Below the pieces are notes generated by a model, which saw only the letters and a list, made by a program, of their open reading frames with translations, did not search any database and was not told the DNA's origin. Position numbers and translations under genes: made by a program. Positions 10,546-21,600 of a DNA stretch of 64,000 bases are shown one piece after another (the first letter of the stretch is position 1; the number at the start of each line of letters is the position of its first letter). This DNA comes from Candidatus Dojkabacteria bacterium (lineage in GTDB: Bacteria > Patescibacteriota > Dojkabacteria > JAFGLO01): NCBI GenBank assembly GCA_016927995.1, contig JAFGLO010000008.1, positions 2,074 through 66,073 on the forward strand. The letters run 5' to 3'.

Positions 10546-11180
10546 TAGATTTGCACCCCCTTTTGCTTTAATTCGATAAGATCATTTAGTATATCTTGGA
10601 TTCTGCTGGGTTCTGAAACGTTAGTGAATTCAAATTCCGGGGTCTCACCGGCAGTTTGTACATAAATCGTGCCATAATTAAAAATTGATGCCCAAAGCCC
10701 TACGTTACTAACCGAAACATCTTCAATGTTTTCTATGGCCGCCTGACTAACCCTGTATGACATAAGCCCATTAAAATCGACATCAATCATTCGCTCGGTT
10801 GTTATTATGTTCATATTATAAAACCAAAAAACCATTGTATAAATGAAGTTTGTAATCGAGGCAAGTACCAAAAACACGGATCCGGCAATAACCGCTCCAC
10901 TAAATTTTACTCCCGTTAAATTGAGAATAACCGGCAGGATAACTGCAATCAAGAAAAGCCCAATCGAACTAATAAATCTAGGAAACAGTGTGATTGGGTG
11001 ACTTCTAAATACCAGAATAATTTTTTCTTTCGGCTCCTGACCATCAAGTTCAATTCCTTGGGGAAAAGAATATGCTTTCGAAAAAAGCGTACCCGAACGA
11101 AAACGATTAAGCTGCCGACCAAGAGTCATTGCTGTTTTATTGATTCGTTTTTCTGTTCTCTGCTGCTGCTTATCGATCAT
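10545..11180 (-). CDS. Membrane protein with bacterial PH domain (bPH_2/YdbS-like)
   Basis: 2 TM helices followed by IITTERMIDV...IEDVSV...IFNYGTIYVQTAGE. Confidence 0.8.
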   Translation of the reverse strand: MIDKQQQRTEKRINKTAMTLGRQLNRFRSGTLFSKAYSFPQGIELDGQEPKEKIILVFRSHPITLFPRFISSIGLFLIAVILPVILNLTGVKFSGAVIAGSVFLVLASITNFIYTMVFWFYNMNIITTERMIDVDFNGLMSYRVSQAAIENIEDVSVSNVGLWASIFNYGTIYVQTAGETPEFEFTNVSEPSRIQDILNDLIELKQKGVQI

Positions 11181-11248
11181 AGTTTAAAGGATTAAGTTTT
11201 ATCTTACTTGCACTCAGATCCATTATCACATGATAAATTATAACATTC

Positions 11249-13270
11249 CTATTGAAGTTCTACAATATATACCCTGTAGCCGGCACCTACATTTGCAATT
11301 GTTGTACCTCCAACGGTAACTGTCCCGGAGTTGGATAAAAGCAGATAATACTCCGAAGGAGCAACAGTGAGTCCAATTCTTATACTAATATTTGTATTAT
11401 AATCAGAAACCAATGTACCTCGATAATAGTGAGATAATATTTGATTGTAAGACTGACCGATCATTGAATAATAATACGCGCCATATTGACTTAAACCCAC
11501 CCTGTGCCCGAACCCTCGTGTCCAGAATAAAAATTCGCCATTTTGGTTTACTACATCCCAAAGTTTTGTCCAAATGGCAAGATTTCCCGAAGCTTGAACG
11601 TTGTACCCAATTCTAAAACAGTCTGCGGGCATGTCGTAAGTCCCTGCCGTACCGGTTATTCTAAGGGTTGTTGTATATTTTGTGTTTGACTGAATGGTTG
11701 TCCCACCCGTATCATAGAAGTGCTGCATTCCGGTTATTGTTCCGACTTTTGAGGTAATTCCCGAACCCAGGCCGCAATACGATATACCATAGTCAATAAT
11801 TGGAATTATGTTGCTTGAATTAAGTCCGGAATGGACTACCCCACCGGATGTTGAACATCCTGCACACCAGTATGTGTAGTAATTTAGCGGTGCCCTAAGC
11901 GAGCCGTTTTCGTAGTACCAATCAGACTCGGCCTGAACAAATCCACGAAATCCGCCCCAAACCTCCTGAGAGGAAAGCGTGTGTCCACCGCTATTTGAAT
12001 GATAGTATGGTGCAATTACCGCCCCAGCATAAGTTAATACCTTCCCGTTTACGGCATCGACAGCCGACGTCCAGTAATTTCCGTAATTTTCGATCTCCTT
12101 TATGTATCCACGATATGCTTGATCCGATGTATTATCGTAAAGGTCAAAGTTATAATTAGCCCGTTTACCAAGATTAGCTATTGCGTATGACTTTCCAATA
12201 ATTGCCTGCGATTTCAAGGCCTCCATTCCACCATTTGTTCCCCACCACGCAGACATTTCCGATAGTCCCCGGATATATTGTTCTAAGGGCAGCTCATTTA
12301 TTAGATAGACGTTAGTATCACCACGAGCCTCCAACGTACCACGATACTTTCCATATGAAAACCCTGCATCACTTGCGATTTCAAGTGGGCTTACCGATGA
12401 AACCCTGACTGGTCCCTGTACATAAGAATCATATATTGATGTTCCGCTCGCATTGGTTATTGTTACCTTAAAATATGCATTACCGGACGTTACAGGCTTT
12501 GGAAAACTCCCGCCTGACGAGCTACCCGGGTTTACACTTGCATACTTTGCTGCAATTATCCGCTGTGCGGCAATATCAAGCGATGCTATCTCGCTATCAA
12601 TGTCTTTTAAATCCGCAAGCAACTGGACTTGAGCCTGCTTTTGTGCGTTAAGAAAATTTTGGTACTGTATCTTTTGTGTTGCCAACTCTTCCGAAAGCGA
12701 TAAATATTCAACTTCCTTCTGCAAAAGTGTTTCCTTATCGGCATCCAGTTGGATTTTTGCACTTAACACCCAGCTCAACTGGTCTTCTATTTCTGTGATC
12801 TTCCTATATAAACCGGCTTCAATGTTTTCAAAGTATGCAATTGTTTCAAAATCGGAAAAATCTGTAGAAAAATAGATTAGACTTTCTTCATCTTCTGCAA
12901 CTAGTTTATAAAGCTCGGAAATCAGAGTCTTGTATTCCGTGTATTGGGTTTCAAATTCGTGTGACAGATCACCAATCTGGAGTTCAAGTGCTGCAATACT
13001 ATCTTCAAGCGTAATCTTATCCATAGCCAGTTGGGCAAGTTCTGTTTCTATTGTGTTAATTCGATCGGCAACGTAATAAATTGCGTTGCTGGCCGACGTA
13101 ATCTGATAGTTTACCGTTTTTAGATCACCCTGTTTTCCGGCTTTCTCGTCGAGCTTTTCGTCCTTTTGGTTGTTAATATCGTCAAGTTCATCGGCAAATA
13201 CGGTATTCGTAAATGCGGCCATGGAAAAAAACACAAGGGCACTTAAAAGAATTTTGGACAGCATCTTCAT
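11249..13270 (-). CDS. SpoIID/LytB-domain protein with N-terminal coiled coil
   Basis: Signal peptide, long coiled coil, then INELPLEQYIRGLSEM, EALKSQAI, DQAYRG, YYHSNSGGHT, GFGHRVGLSQYGA and ILSHYY. Confidence 0.9.
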   Translation of the reverse strand: MKMLSKILLSALVFFSMAAFTNTVFADELDDINNQKDEKLDEKAGKQGDLKTVNYQITSASNAIYYVADRINTIETELAQLAMDKITLEDSIAALELQIGDLSHEFETQYTEYKTLISELYKLVAEDEESLIYFSTDFSDFETIAYFENIEAGLYRKITEIEDQLSWVLSAKIQLDADKETLLQKEVEYLSLSEELATQKIQYQNFLNAQKQAQVQLLADLKDIDSEIASLDIAAQRIIAAKYASVNPGSSSGGSFPKPVTSGNAYFKVTITNASGTSIYDSYVQGPVRVSSVSPLEIASDAGFSYGKYRGTLEARGDTNVYLINELPLEQYIRGLSEMSAWWGTNGGMEALKSQAIIGKSYAIANLGKRANYNFDLYDNTSDQAYRGYIKEIENYGNYWTSAVDAVNGKVLTYAGAVIAPYYHSNSGGHTLSSQEVWGGFRGFVQAESDWYYENGSLRAPLNYYTYWCAGCSTSGGVVHSGLNSSNIIPIIDYGISYCGLGSGITSKVGTITGMQHFYDTGGTTIQSNTKYTTTLRITGTAGTYDMPADCFRIGYNVQASGNLAIWTKLWDVVNQNGEFLFWTRGFGHRVGLSQYGAYYYSMIGQSYNQILSHYYRGTLVSDYNTNISIRIGLTVAPSEYYLLLSNSGTVTVGGTTIANVGAGYRVYIVELQ

Positions 13271-13381
13271 ACATTCAGTATACTACAGGGGGCAAGTAGG
13301 CTGCAACTAAGGATCTGTAAGTCGAATTAGTCAGTAAACCTTATGAAAACTCACCCGACAAAATCTTAGTCTAAATGCAGA

Positions 13382-13864
13382 TCATTTTTTACCGGATTTG
13401 ACAACAATTCGCTTAATATAGTCATCTTCGGAACCAATGCTTTCGGTAATAACACCTTTAATTGTTTCAATTTCCAGATGAATAACTCTTCTGTCAAAAG
13501 GATTCATGGGTCCAAGATCAACAGGTAGTCCGGTATCATTAACTTGGATAACAGCCTGCTGTGCAATTGTCTTAAGCTTTTCGACATGCTCGGTCTTGTA
13601 ATTATTGATATCTAAAAACAGTTTCGCGTCCCCTATATTGTCTTTTTGCACAATGGTTAGTACAAATTGTAAGGAATTAAGGATCTGACCTTTGTACCCA
13701 ATTAGCCGCCCACCCTCCTCACTTGTTATGTTTACGTTTACACAGGCTTGATCGCCCTTACCCTCTGTTGAAATATCAATTGTTGCTTCAACCTCAAGAA
13801 GATCCAAAAGCTTCTTTACTGCTGTTTCTACATTTTTTGTGGAAATTTTGGACATGATACGCAC
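13382..13864 (-). CDS. jag: RNA-binding protein Jag/EloR (KH and R3H domains)
   Basis: GRLIGYKGQILNSLQ (KH) and PMNPFDRRVIH (R3H); downstream of yidC. Confidence 0.9.
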   Translation of the reverse strand: MRIMSKISTKNVETAVKKLLDLLEVEATIDISTEGKGDQACVNVNITSEEGGRLIGYKGQILNSLQFVLTIVQKDNIGDAKLFLDINNYKTEHVEKLKTIAQQAVIQVNDTGLPVDLGPMNPFDRRVIHLEIETIKGVITESIGSEDDYIKRIVVKSGKK

Positions 13865-13873
13865 TTTAAAAAT

Positions 13874-14731
13874 TTAATTCTTTTTTTTAGGGCTCTTTTG
13901 AGGCAATTTGTCCTGTCTTCTTTTGGAAAGCTCGGCATTTACGATAAGTTGTTGCGCAATTGAAACAGCCGACTGTACTATCCAGTAAACAGATAAGCCC
14001 AATGGCATTGTCCATGCTACATTCCCAAAGATAACCGCCATAAATCCCGAGTTAATTAAGAGAAATGTTGGCGAATTCATTTGAGCCATTGGATCAGGCT
14101 CAGCATCTTTCTTTTTCTTTTGATTCCTTTTCTCTTCATCAGTTCGCTTACTTGATGAAATCGTGCTAACATAGCTACTTGCAAACTGTATCAAAACCAC
14201 GAGAACAATTCCCAAAATATAGGGCAGCGATTCCATTGCCCAGAATCCGAAATCTTTGGTTACGTTACTTGCAGTCTTCGCAAAGTCAATCCCGAATTCC
14301 GAAAGCTTAACTGTAACATCACCGGAAAGTTTAAATAAACTCATTATAAATGGATACAATACCATTCCTTCACCGTTAGAAATTTTTCTAATTACGGAAT
14401 AAAGTGTAATTACAATCGGCAGTTGAATAATTAAAGAAGTTAAGCACCCCATTGGGTTGTATTTAATCTCTTTATATAAAGCAACTGTTTCTTGCTGTAA
14501 CTTTACAGGGTTGTCCTTGTATTTTTCCCTTAATTTTTCAATTCTCGGCTGTGCCTCTTTTAAGCGATGAGCCGACTCCAGCTGCTTTTTATATAAAGGA
14601 TAAACCAACACTTTTATAAGAACAGTTATCAAGACAATTCCGAAAATAAAACTCTGCCCAGTAAGAAAATAAAAAATTGCAAAAATATTTGTTACGGGCT
14701 GAATCAAGATTAGGTTAAAAAAATCTGCCAT
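13874..14731 (-). CDS. yidC: Membrane protein insertase YidC/Oxa1
   Basis: LYKEIKYNPMGCL...IQLP and PLGLSVYW motifs; rpmH-rnpA-yidC-jag order. Confidence 0.93.
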   Translation of the reverse strand: MADFFNLILIQPVTNIFAIFYFLTGQSFIFGIVLITVLIKVLVYPLYKKQLESAHRLKEAQPRIEKLREKYKDNPVKLQQETVALYKEIKYNPMGCLTSLIIQLPIVITLYSVIRKISNGEGMVLYPFIMSLFKLSGDVTVKLSEFGIDFAKTASNVTKDFGFWAMESLPYILGIVLVVLIQFASSYVSTISSSKRTDEEKRNQKKKKDAEPDPMAQMNSPTFLLINSGFMAVIFGNVAWTMPLGLSVYWIVQSAVSIAQQLIVNAELSKRRQDKLPQKSPKKKN

Positions 14732-14743
14732 TTTAAGCCCTTT

Positions 14744-15067
14744 TTAATTTATTATTCTTGTTAATGTATCCCAAACCTCTTTATAGTGTGGACTTTTGTG
14801 ACCTTTAAAAACATATACCAAACCTACGCTCTTGTCTTTTGACTTGCGTAATATATCAGTAAATGCGGCTCTAAACAACCGTTTAATCCTGTTTCGAACC
14901 ACTGCAAGCTTTGATACTTTCTTTGAAACGATTACGGAAAGAACGCTTTTTTTAAGATCTGTGTTTAGAATAAACCCGTATCCATACTCGGTCCTAAAAT
15001 ATTTACCTTTCGACTTTATCAACGAGAATTGCTTGGGAGACGATACCGTGTCAAAAAATTTACCCAT
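14744..15067 (-). CDS. rnpA: Ribonuclease P protein component
   Basis: VSKKVSKLAVVRNRIKR (RNR motif). Confidence 0.93.
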   Translation of the reverse strand: MGKFFDTVSSPKQFSLIKSKGKYFRTEYGYGFILNTDLKKSVLSVIVSKKVSKLAVVRNRIKRLFRAAFTDILRKSKDKSVGLVYVFKGHKSPHYKEVWDTLTRIIN

Positions 15068-15081
15068 AAGAAAAAAAGAAA

Positions 15082-15258
15082 CTAAAACTTTTTGCCAAGT
15101 CCTGTCATTTCTTTTGTAACGGAAAGACTTTCCCGACCTTTTAATTTTCTTCGCTTTATAACTTTTCGTCCATCTTTGGTTGCCATTCTGGCCCTAAATC
15201 CAAACTTTTTGTTTCTGGTTCTTTTGTTGGGTTGATAGGTACGTTTTGTCTTTGCCAT
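15082..15258 (-). CDS. rpmH: 50S ribosomal protein L34
   Basis: Not in the ORF track. Manual translation: [58 protein letters not shown] (58 aa). Confidence 0.97.
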   Translation of the reverse strand: MAKTKRTYQPNKRTRNKKFGFRARMATKDGRKVIKRRKLKGRESLSVTKEMTGLGKKF

Positions 15259-15427
15259 GACAATTTTTTAAAATTTAATTTTCAGTATTATTTCAAGAAT
15301 AATGGATAACTCTTTACGGAGTAAATGTAACTAGTGTATAATACACCGTTACTTTCACAGTGTCAATGAAGTCTGCTTCCCTACTGAAATTACAAAGAAG
15401 CTAAAACCTAATTTAATCTACAAGTTA

Positions 15428-16111
15428 ATGGAAGATATTCACGTAGACAAAAGGACCGTTACCGGAAAAGCATGCAGAACCTTAAGAAATGACGGTATTA
15501 CCCCTGCTGTAATCTATGGTTATGGAAAAAATCGCGAATCCAAGAATATTCAGCTAACCCAAGAAACGTTACACGAAGTCATGGGTAGACTAAGCTCAGC
15601 AAGACCGGTTCAGCTCGAACTTGATGAGACACTAATCTTGGCAATCATTAAGGATGTTGTCATGCATCCGGTAACCAACGATATACTTCACGTAGACTTT
15701 ATGGCAGTTAATGAAAATACCCCTGTTACAGTTTCCGTTCCGGTTGTACTTACCGGGATTTCACCTGCCGTTAAAAATAACATTGGAGTTCTTGTACATG
15801 AGCTTGATCAGGTCGAGGTCACCTGTCTCCCAGATTACATTCCGGACCAAATAGATGTTGATATTACTACACTCAAAGTAATCGGTGACAACGTATTGGT
15901 CGAAGATTTAAAGCTCCCCGAGAATTTAAGTCTTTCCGAAAAGGAATTAAAACGAACGGTTGTGACTATAGCCAAGGCTCAAAAGGTTATTGAAGAAACA
16001 ACAGAAACCACCCCGGGTGAAGAATCCGAGGAGGAGAGCGATTCTACCGGAAAAGAAAGTGAAAACCTTTCGGATGGTGAATCCGCTAACGATGAGCAAC
16101 CCAAGGAGTAA
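15428..16111 (+). CDS. rplY: 50S ribosomal protein L25/Ctc
   Basis: LRNDGITPAVIYG, HPVTNDILHVDF and VTCLPDYIPDQIDVDIT; acidic tail. Confidence 0.95.
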   Translation: MEDIHVDKRTVTGKACRTLRNDGITPAVIYGYGKNRESKNIQLTQETLHEVMGRLSSARPVQLELDETLILAIIKDVVMHPVTNDILHVDFMAVNENTPVTVSVPVVLTGISPAVKNNIGVLVHELDQVEVTCLPDYIPDQIDVDITTLKVIGDNVLVEDLKLPENLSLSEKELKRTVVTIAKAQKVIEETTETTPGEESEEESDSTGKESENLSDGESANDEQPKE

Positions 16112-16180
16112 ACCGGATATCGTTCTAACACTAAATCCTTTTATGATACCCTGTTTGGGGTGGGATTTTAGTATCAAAAG

Positions 16181-16807
16181 TCAACTAAAGAAAGTTTTAA
16201 GAGCAGATATATCATTGTTCGTTTCATCTGATAATTCGATAGCCCCTACTTCTATCCAGGTTGGATATTGCACCTCTTGGGCATGTCTTACAGGCTGGAT
16301 ACGAAACCCAAAGCTTAACACGGGACTGCCATCTACTTCTTTAAGCACCGCATATTTATCTCTTCCGGCAACGACCAAGTTGACGGTTTCGGGGTTTTTA
16401 GTCTGCGAAACAAAAGGGAGTCCCCAATCAGTAAACGAGGAAACATCTAAATACTTCCCATCTTTAAAAATTTGCGGATTTGTCAATTCTATATAATCTT
16501 TATCGCCGTTACATAAAACTTCAACCCTCGCCCGTAGTTCCTGTAGTTGTCCCCATGGTTCTGCGCACGTATACATTCTTGCAAAACGACTTCCCGAAAC
16601 AATCCTGGTATCTTCGTTCGCAGCCGGTTGTTGAATATATATTTTGTCTTTCCCAAATTGAGGAGAAACCATTTGTCTAACCATTAAAGGCCCGGATTCG
16701 AGTGAAAGCCTATGAATTAAATCCCGGGCATTTGATGCTTCCAAAAGTATGGAAGCAAAAGCACCAAAATCCATGAACCTGTTTCGAGGTTCACTTAAAA
16801 TGTCCAC
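16181..16807 (-). CDS. Hypothetical protein
   Basis: 208 aa ORF filling the gap between rplY and the next gene; no motif recognised. Confidence 0.55.
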   Translation of the reverse strand: MDILSEPRNRFMDFGAFASILLEASNARDLIHRLSLESGPLMVRQMVSPQFGKDKIYIQQPAANEDTRIVSGSRFARMYTCAEPWGQLQELRARVEVLCNGDKDYIELTNPQIFKDGKYLDVSSFTDWGLPFVSQTKNPETVNLVVAGRDKYAVLKEVDGSPVLSFGFRIQPVRHAQEVQYPTWIEVGAIELSDETNNDISALKTFFS

Positions 16808-16870
16808 GCTATAAATCTTTTCTTTCTTATTTAGTCAAAAAGACAATGTTTTAACCAATTAGAAACAAGG

Positions 16871-18520
16871 TTATTCAAAACTTTTTTCAAAAGTATTGTT
16901 TAACTCATTTGTTTCAATTACCGTATCTCTATAATCAACCGAGGCCTCAATATGCATAACCTGATCCCCTCCATTATCCCCTATTACGCCACGAGTTATA
17001 CTACCCGTACGCATACAAGTACCGGGTTCCGGAACGGAAAATGGGTAATGATGGTTGGTTTCAAATAATACACCCGTTTCCTTATTTTTTATACTCAATG
17101 TCAAGAACCCGTCACTGGAACTTGTTCCTACATTACAAAAATCAATATAGTAATAATAAGCGTTCCTACTCACTCCCGAAACAATTAGATCAACACCTTG
17201 CTCCTCGGTAGCCTCTGGAACATAAATAAAGTTATTACCGGCACCATGTCCACCCAAAACATCACCTGACGAGAGATAAATCTCATTGGGCCAAGTATAT
17301 GAAAGGTATCCTGAGTAGAAAGGAATTATAGATATAGAATCATCCGTAAAAACACTCGGGAATACTTCGTATAATGTTTTCCTGCTTCTTAACCGAGAGA
17401 AAGATTCCCAACAAACAAAATATAGCTGACCTGTTTTTGAAATAGTCTTTCCCTCTAAGTATTCGGACTGAGCAAACCAACTTCCGGGATATTCTTCGTA
17501 AAAAACATAGCCTTGAGTTACGTCGTCAACCTGTGGCATTTTAACGTAAACACCAAAATCGGTGTCATCCTGTTCATATCGATATGTTGCTATCTCACCA
17601 TTTGCATGCATTACTGTAAGCTCATAGTAGTCAACCTGTGCAGGCATTGTAAACCTATCGGTCATCATCCAATCCATATCAAAATAAAATCCGGACCTTT
17701 TAGTATCTATATATGTCATTGGAGCAAATGGAAGTCTAGTCATATCGGTAAGTTCTGCAGAATAACCATCTTTTCTAACAAATTTAAACTTCACTGCGGT
17801 TGTACCCTGACCCACAATAAAATTTATATGTTCATCCATTGCAACAATTAATGGTACTTTATTAGCCGTTTCTGCTGACGGAGCAGTTACTCTATCCTGG
17901 GTTGATTCATCCAACGTAATCACTTCTGAATCTAAATTTACAGTCCAAGTCCAATATTCTGGCGCCCTTCCATTTGGATAAATTATCAATGCTTCAATAT
18001 TGGCACTATATCCAGAAGGAAGTTCAACAGAAAGCATGTTTGATTGTTCGGTCTGGTAAATCTTTATATCTTTTATTCTTTGATACTTAACCCTATCGAC
18101 AACTTCTGAATCAATGTATGCCAGTTGCGTTCCGGAAGGACCAACAACGTTTACGGTTGAAATAGATGCAGCTTTTATATCAGATTCTGCGGATATATTG
18201 CTAACAATTGTAGTTTCCGGCGTACTTACGGGTTCTTGAGTGTTAGAAGCCGTTTCTGCCTGTGATATCGAGCTATCCAACGCTTCGACAATCTGATCTG
18301 TTGTAGCACTTGAGTTAACTTCAAGAATTGTCTGAGTTCCAAGTTTGTATGTAGTTACCGTCTCACTATAGTTGCTAACGGTCCAGTCGACAACCGAAGA
18401 CGTGTTATCTTCAAGATTTGTTTGAGTATTAGTTTTATGTGGATCCAGAAGCAAATATCCAACGAACGCAATATCCGCCAACAGGAAAACGGTGAGAATG
18501 ATTCTTGTAAAAACTTTCAT
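16871..18520 (-). CDS. Membrane-anchored surface protein with C-terminal CARDB-like Ig domain
   Basis: N-terminal TM, S/T-rich linker, and C-terminal DLIV...NVG...VDYRDTVIETNELNN typical of CARDB. Confidence 0.7.
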   Translation of the reverse strand: MKVFTRIILTVFLLADIAFVGYLLLDPHKTNTQTNLEDNTSSVVDWTVSNYSETVTTYKLGTQTILEVNSSATTDQIVEALDSSISQAETASNTQEPVSTPETTIVSNISAESDIKAASISTVNVVGPSGTQLAYIDSEVVDRVKYQRIKDIKIYQTEQSNMLSVELPSGYSANIEALIIYPNGRAPEYWTWTVNLDSEVITLDESTQDRVTAPSAETANKVPLIVAMDEHINFIVGQGTTAVKFKFVRKDGYSAELTDMTRLPFAPMTYIDTKRSGFYFDMDWMMTDRFTMPAQVDYYELTVMHANGEIATYRYEQDDTDFGVYVKMPQVDDVTQGYVFYEEYPGSWFAQSEYLEGKTISKTGQLYFVCWESFSRLRSRKTLYEVFPSVFTDDSISIIPFYSGYLSYTWPNEIYLSSGDVLGGHGAGNNFIYVPEATEEQGVDLIVSGVSRNAYYYYIDFCNVGTSSSDGFLTLSIKNKETGVLFETNHHYPFSVPEPGTCMRTGSITRGVIGDNGGDQVMHIEASVDYRDTVIETNELNNTFEKSFE

Positions 18521-18677
18521 GTAGTTTTGAAGAACTTATTTAAGGTATCCTGTTTCGTATTATACACCAAAAGGTCGGATTAGTATCACTCGTCTTTTGT
18601 ACAAGTCAACCTGGATAATCGATAATACTATTTGGACAATCTTGCGATACATAGACTCAGGCTATATACTACACACA

Positions 18678-21600
18678 ATGGAAAAGACACTGAAAATAAA
18701 CAAAAATCAACAGGCGGCAATTGCACATATAGATGGTCCGGCACTTGTGATCGCAGGTGCGGGAACGGGAAAAACATTTGTTATAACTCAAAGAATCGTA
18801 AGTCTAATAAAAACAAAGAAAGCCCTACCCTCCGAAATACTTGCCTTAACCTTCACAAATAAGGCTGCCTCCGAAATGGCAGAGCGTGTTGACCAAGCGT
18901 TGCCGCTAGGGACATTTACCGAGTGGATTATGACTTTTCACACATTCTGTGAAAAAATTCTAAAACAAAATGCAGTGCATTTTGACTTGGAGCCAAGTTT
19001 TAGATTAATAAATAAGCGTGAAGCTATACACCTTTTTAAGGAATATATCCGTGCTTTTTCACTAGATAGATACCGTCCCAGTGGTAATAAATATAAATAT
19101 GTAAGTGATATCTTGTCTTTCTTTAGTAGAGTTCAAGATGAAGCATATAGCGCCCAGGAATTCTTTAATTACGTGACCAAATCATTACTTTCCTTCCTTA
19201 AAAAACATGGACTTTCTGAGTCACAGTTTAAAAATCTTTTAGATAAAAATCAGGTAAAAACAACGATTGACTCTTTCGTATACACTGTAAGCAACCCAAA
19301 AAAAATTCCATCCTGGAAAAATCTTGCTAACATCTATCCAAAAGTCGAAGAGATTCCCGAAGATGTATCTGCAGAATTTAATACATTGGCCGGAAATTTT
19401 GAACTGGCAAGAGTTTTTGTGGAATTTGAGTCTGTAAAAAATGAGCTTAATCTTCTTGATTTCGGAGATATGGTTCAAAAAACAATCGAATTATTCAAGA
19501 AAAGACCTGCAATTCTTAAGAAATATCAACAGCTCTTTAAATATATATTGGTTGACGAGTTCCAAGATACAAACTATGCACAGTACGCACTTTTGAAACT
19601 TTTAGCCCATCCTAATAATAACTTAATGGTTGTCGGCGACGACGATCAATCAATCTACAAATTTAGAGGTGCATCAATTTCAAATATACTAACATTCCAA
19701 AAAGATTTTCCTAAAACTGAGGTGTATGTACTTGTTGACAACTATCGTTCAACACAACCTATCTTAAATCTTGCATATCAAAGTATTCAAAATAATAACC
19801 CCGATAGGCTTGAAATAAAGACCAAAATCTCAAAACTGCTAAAGGCACAGGGGAATGAGCTAGATACAGAAATAAACGTCACCGTGTCAGAAACCGGTTA
19901 CGACGAGGCTGAATGGATTGCCCGTGAAATTTCCAAACTTACAGGAATAAAACTTTCCAAGCTCTATTCTGACAGCAAACCAAATTCTGTTGAGATTGTA
20001 ATCTCTGAACCTAAGAAAGAGACAGAGCCCGGGCAACTTACACTTATTCAGGAAAATGAAGCAAGTAAAAATATCGCACTCTCAGATATTTCAATTCTTG
20101 CCCGAAGCCTAAATCACGTAAATCAGATTACCGAGGTTTTCTCAAAAGCAGGAATTCCTTATAACCTTGCACAGGGCAAAAATCTGCTAACGGAAGACGA
20201 AGTACTTTTTATTCTTTCGTTTCTGCGTGTTTTGACTGATTATACAGACGATCTTTCAATGCTGTATCTACTTAGACATAAATATAACCAACTAAATCCT
20301 CGTGACTTTATGTTGATTAACCAAAAGGCAAAATATTCCAAAGAGACGGTTCTTTTATGGATTGAACGTAATTTGGGACTATCGCTTGATAACCCTGAAG
20401 CCAAGCCCGTACTATCCCCCGAGATTATAAATCTTCATATAAAAGATGATTCCATTGAAAAGATTACCAAAATATTTAATCTAATTGCAGAATCTCTTAA
20501 ATTGGTTCGAGATCAAAAGGATTTAACCTTCATTGTTTACAACACTCTTTCAAAACTAGATGTACTTATAAACCTCACAAAGGAAGATAATATTTCAGCA
20601 AAGATTGAAATTAATAATATTGAACGAATTTTAAACATAATCAAGACTTTTTCGTTAAAATTTGGAACTACTAATCCCGATGACTTTGTAAGATATATCG
20701 ATTCCATAAAGTTTTCCGGTGAACCGCCCGAGGACGAGGAGGAATTTAGTTCGGTAGATGCAGTAAATATTTTAACGGTCCATAAGGCGAAGGGTCTCGA
20801 ATTTGACACTGTTTTTCTTGTTGGACTGGCGGGAAGGAGATTTCCATCGGATGATAGAAAAGATCCGATTGATTTACCAAGCCATATTATTCATGAAATA
20901 TTACCCGAGGGAGATTTTCATATTCAGGAGGAACGACGGCTATTTTACGTTGCACTAACACGAGCAAAACGTCGACTATTCTTAAGTTTTGCCCAAAAAT
21001 ATAACGACGGGAAACAGATTAAAAAGCCAAGTGTCTTTTTGGCTGAACTTGGAATAAATGCAAGCGCCACACCAAAGCCGGATCTTAACCGAGACAAACT
21101 TTCCGAAATTATGATTGATTCCAGTCTTACCCCGGACAATAAAGCCATTCCGTTTTGGGAACCAAAGGTTTCAACATTAAGCTACTCCCAACTTAATTCA
21201 TACGAAAGTTGTCCATATCAATACAAACTTCGGTATATTCTAAAGCTCCCATCAAAACAAAGTGCAACCTTTTTTTACGGTTCGATAATTCACGAGCTTT
21301 TAAAGCATATGTTCCTTTATTTAAAACAAAATAATAAACAACTTCCAATCGAAAATGCACTTGCGTTTATCGATAACAGTTGGGATCCTTCGCCCTTTGA
21401 TACAAAAGAAGAATCCGAAGCACAAAAGCAAACAGCAAAGAAAACCGTTCAAAACTTTTACGCAAAGCACTATGAATCTAAAGGCTCACTTGTGGTAATT
21501 GAAGATACGTTTAAAGTTCTTCTAAAGGATATTGTGCTTACAGGGAGAATCGACAGAGTTGATAAAACAAATGATAATAAATTCAGGATTATCGACTACA

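Noticed and set aside
13305-13370. Imperfect hairpin between jag and the SpoIID gene
   Set aside because: Weak stem with no similarity to the other repeat families; cannot be distinguished from a terminator or chance.
9870-13864. Alternative genetic code 25 (TGA=Gly), as in Gracilibacteria/Absconditabacteria
   Set aside because: smpB and jag end at TGA at their expected C-termini, and long ORFs are intact under code 11.
15990-16496. 168-aa plus-strand ORF
   Set aside because: Overlaps rplY out of frame and is antisense to 16181-16807; likely a shadow ORF.
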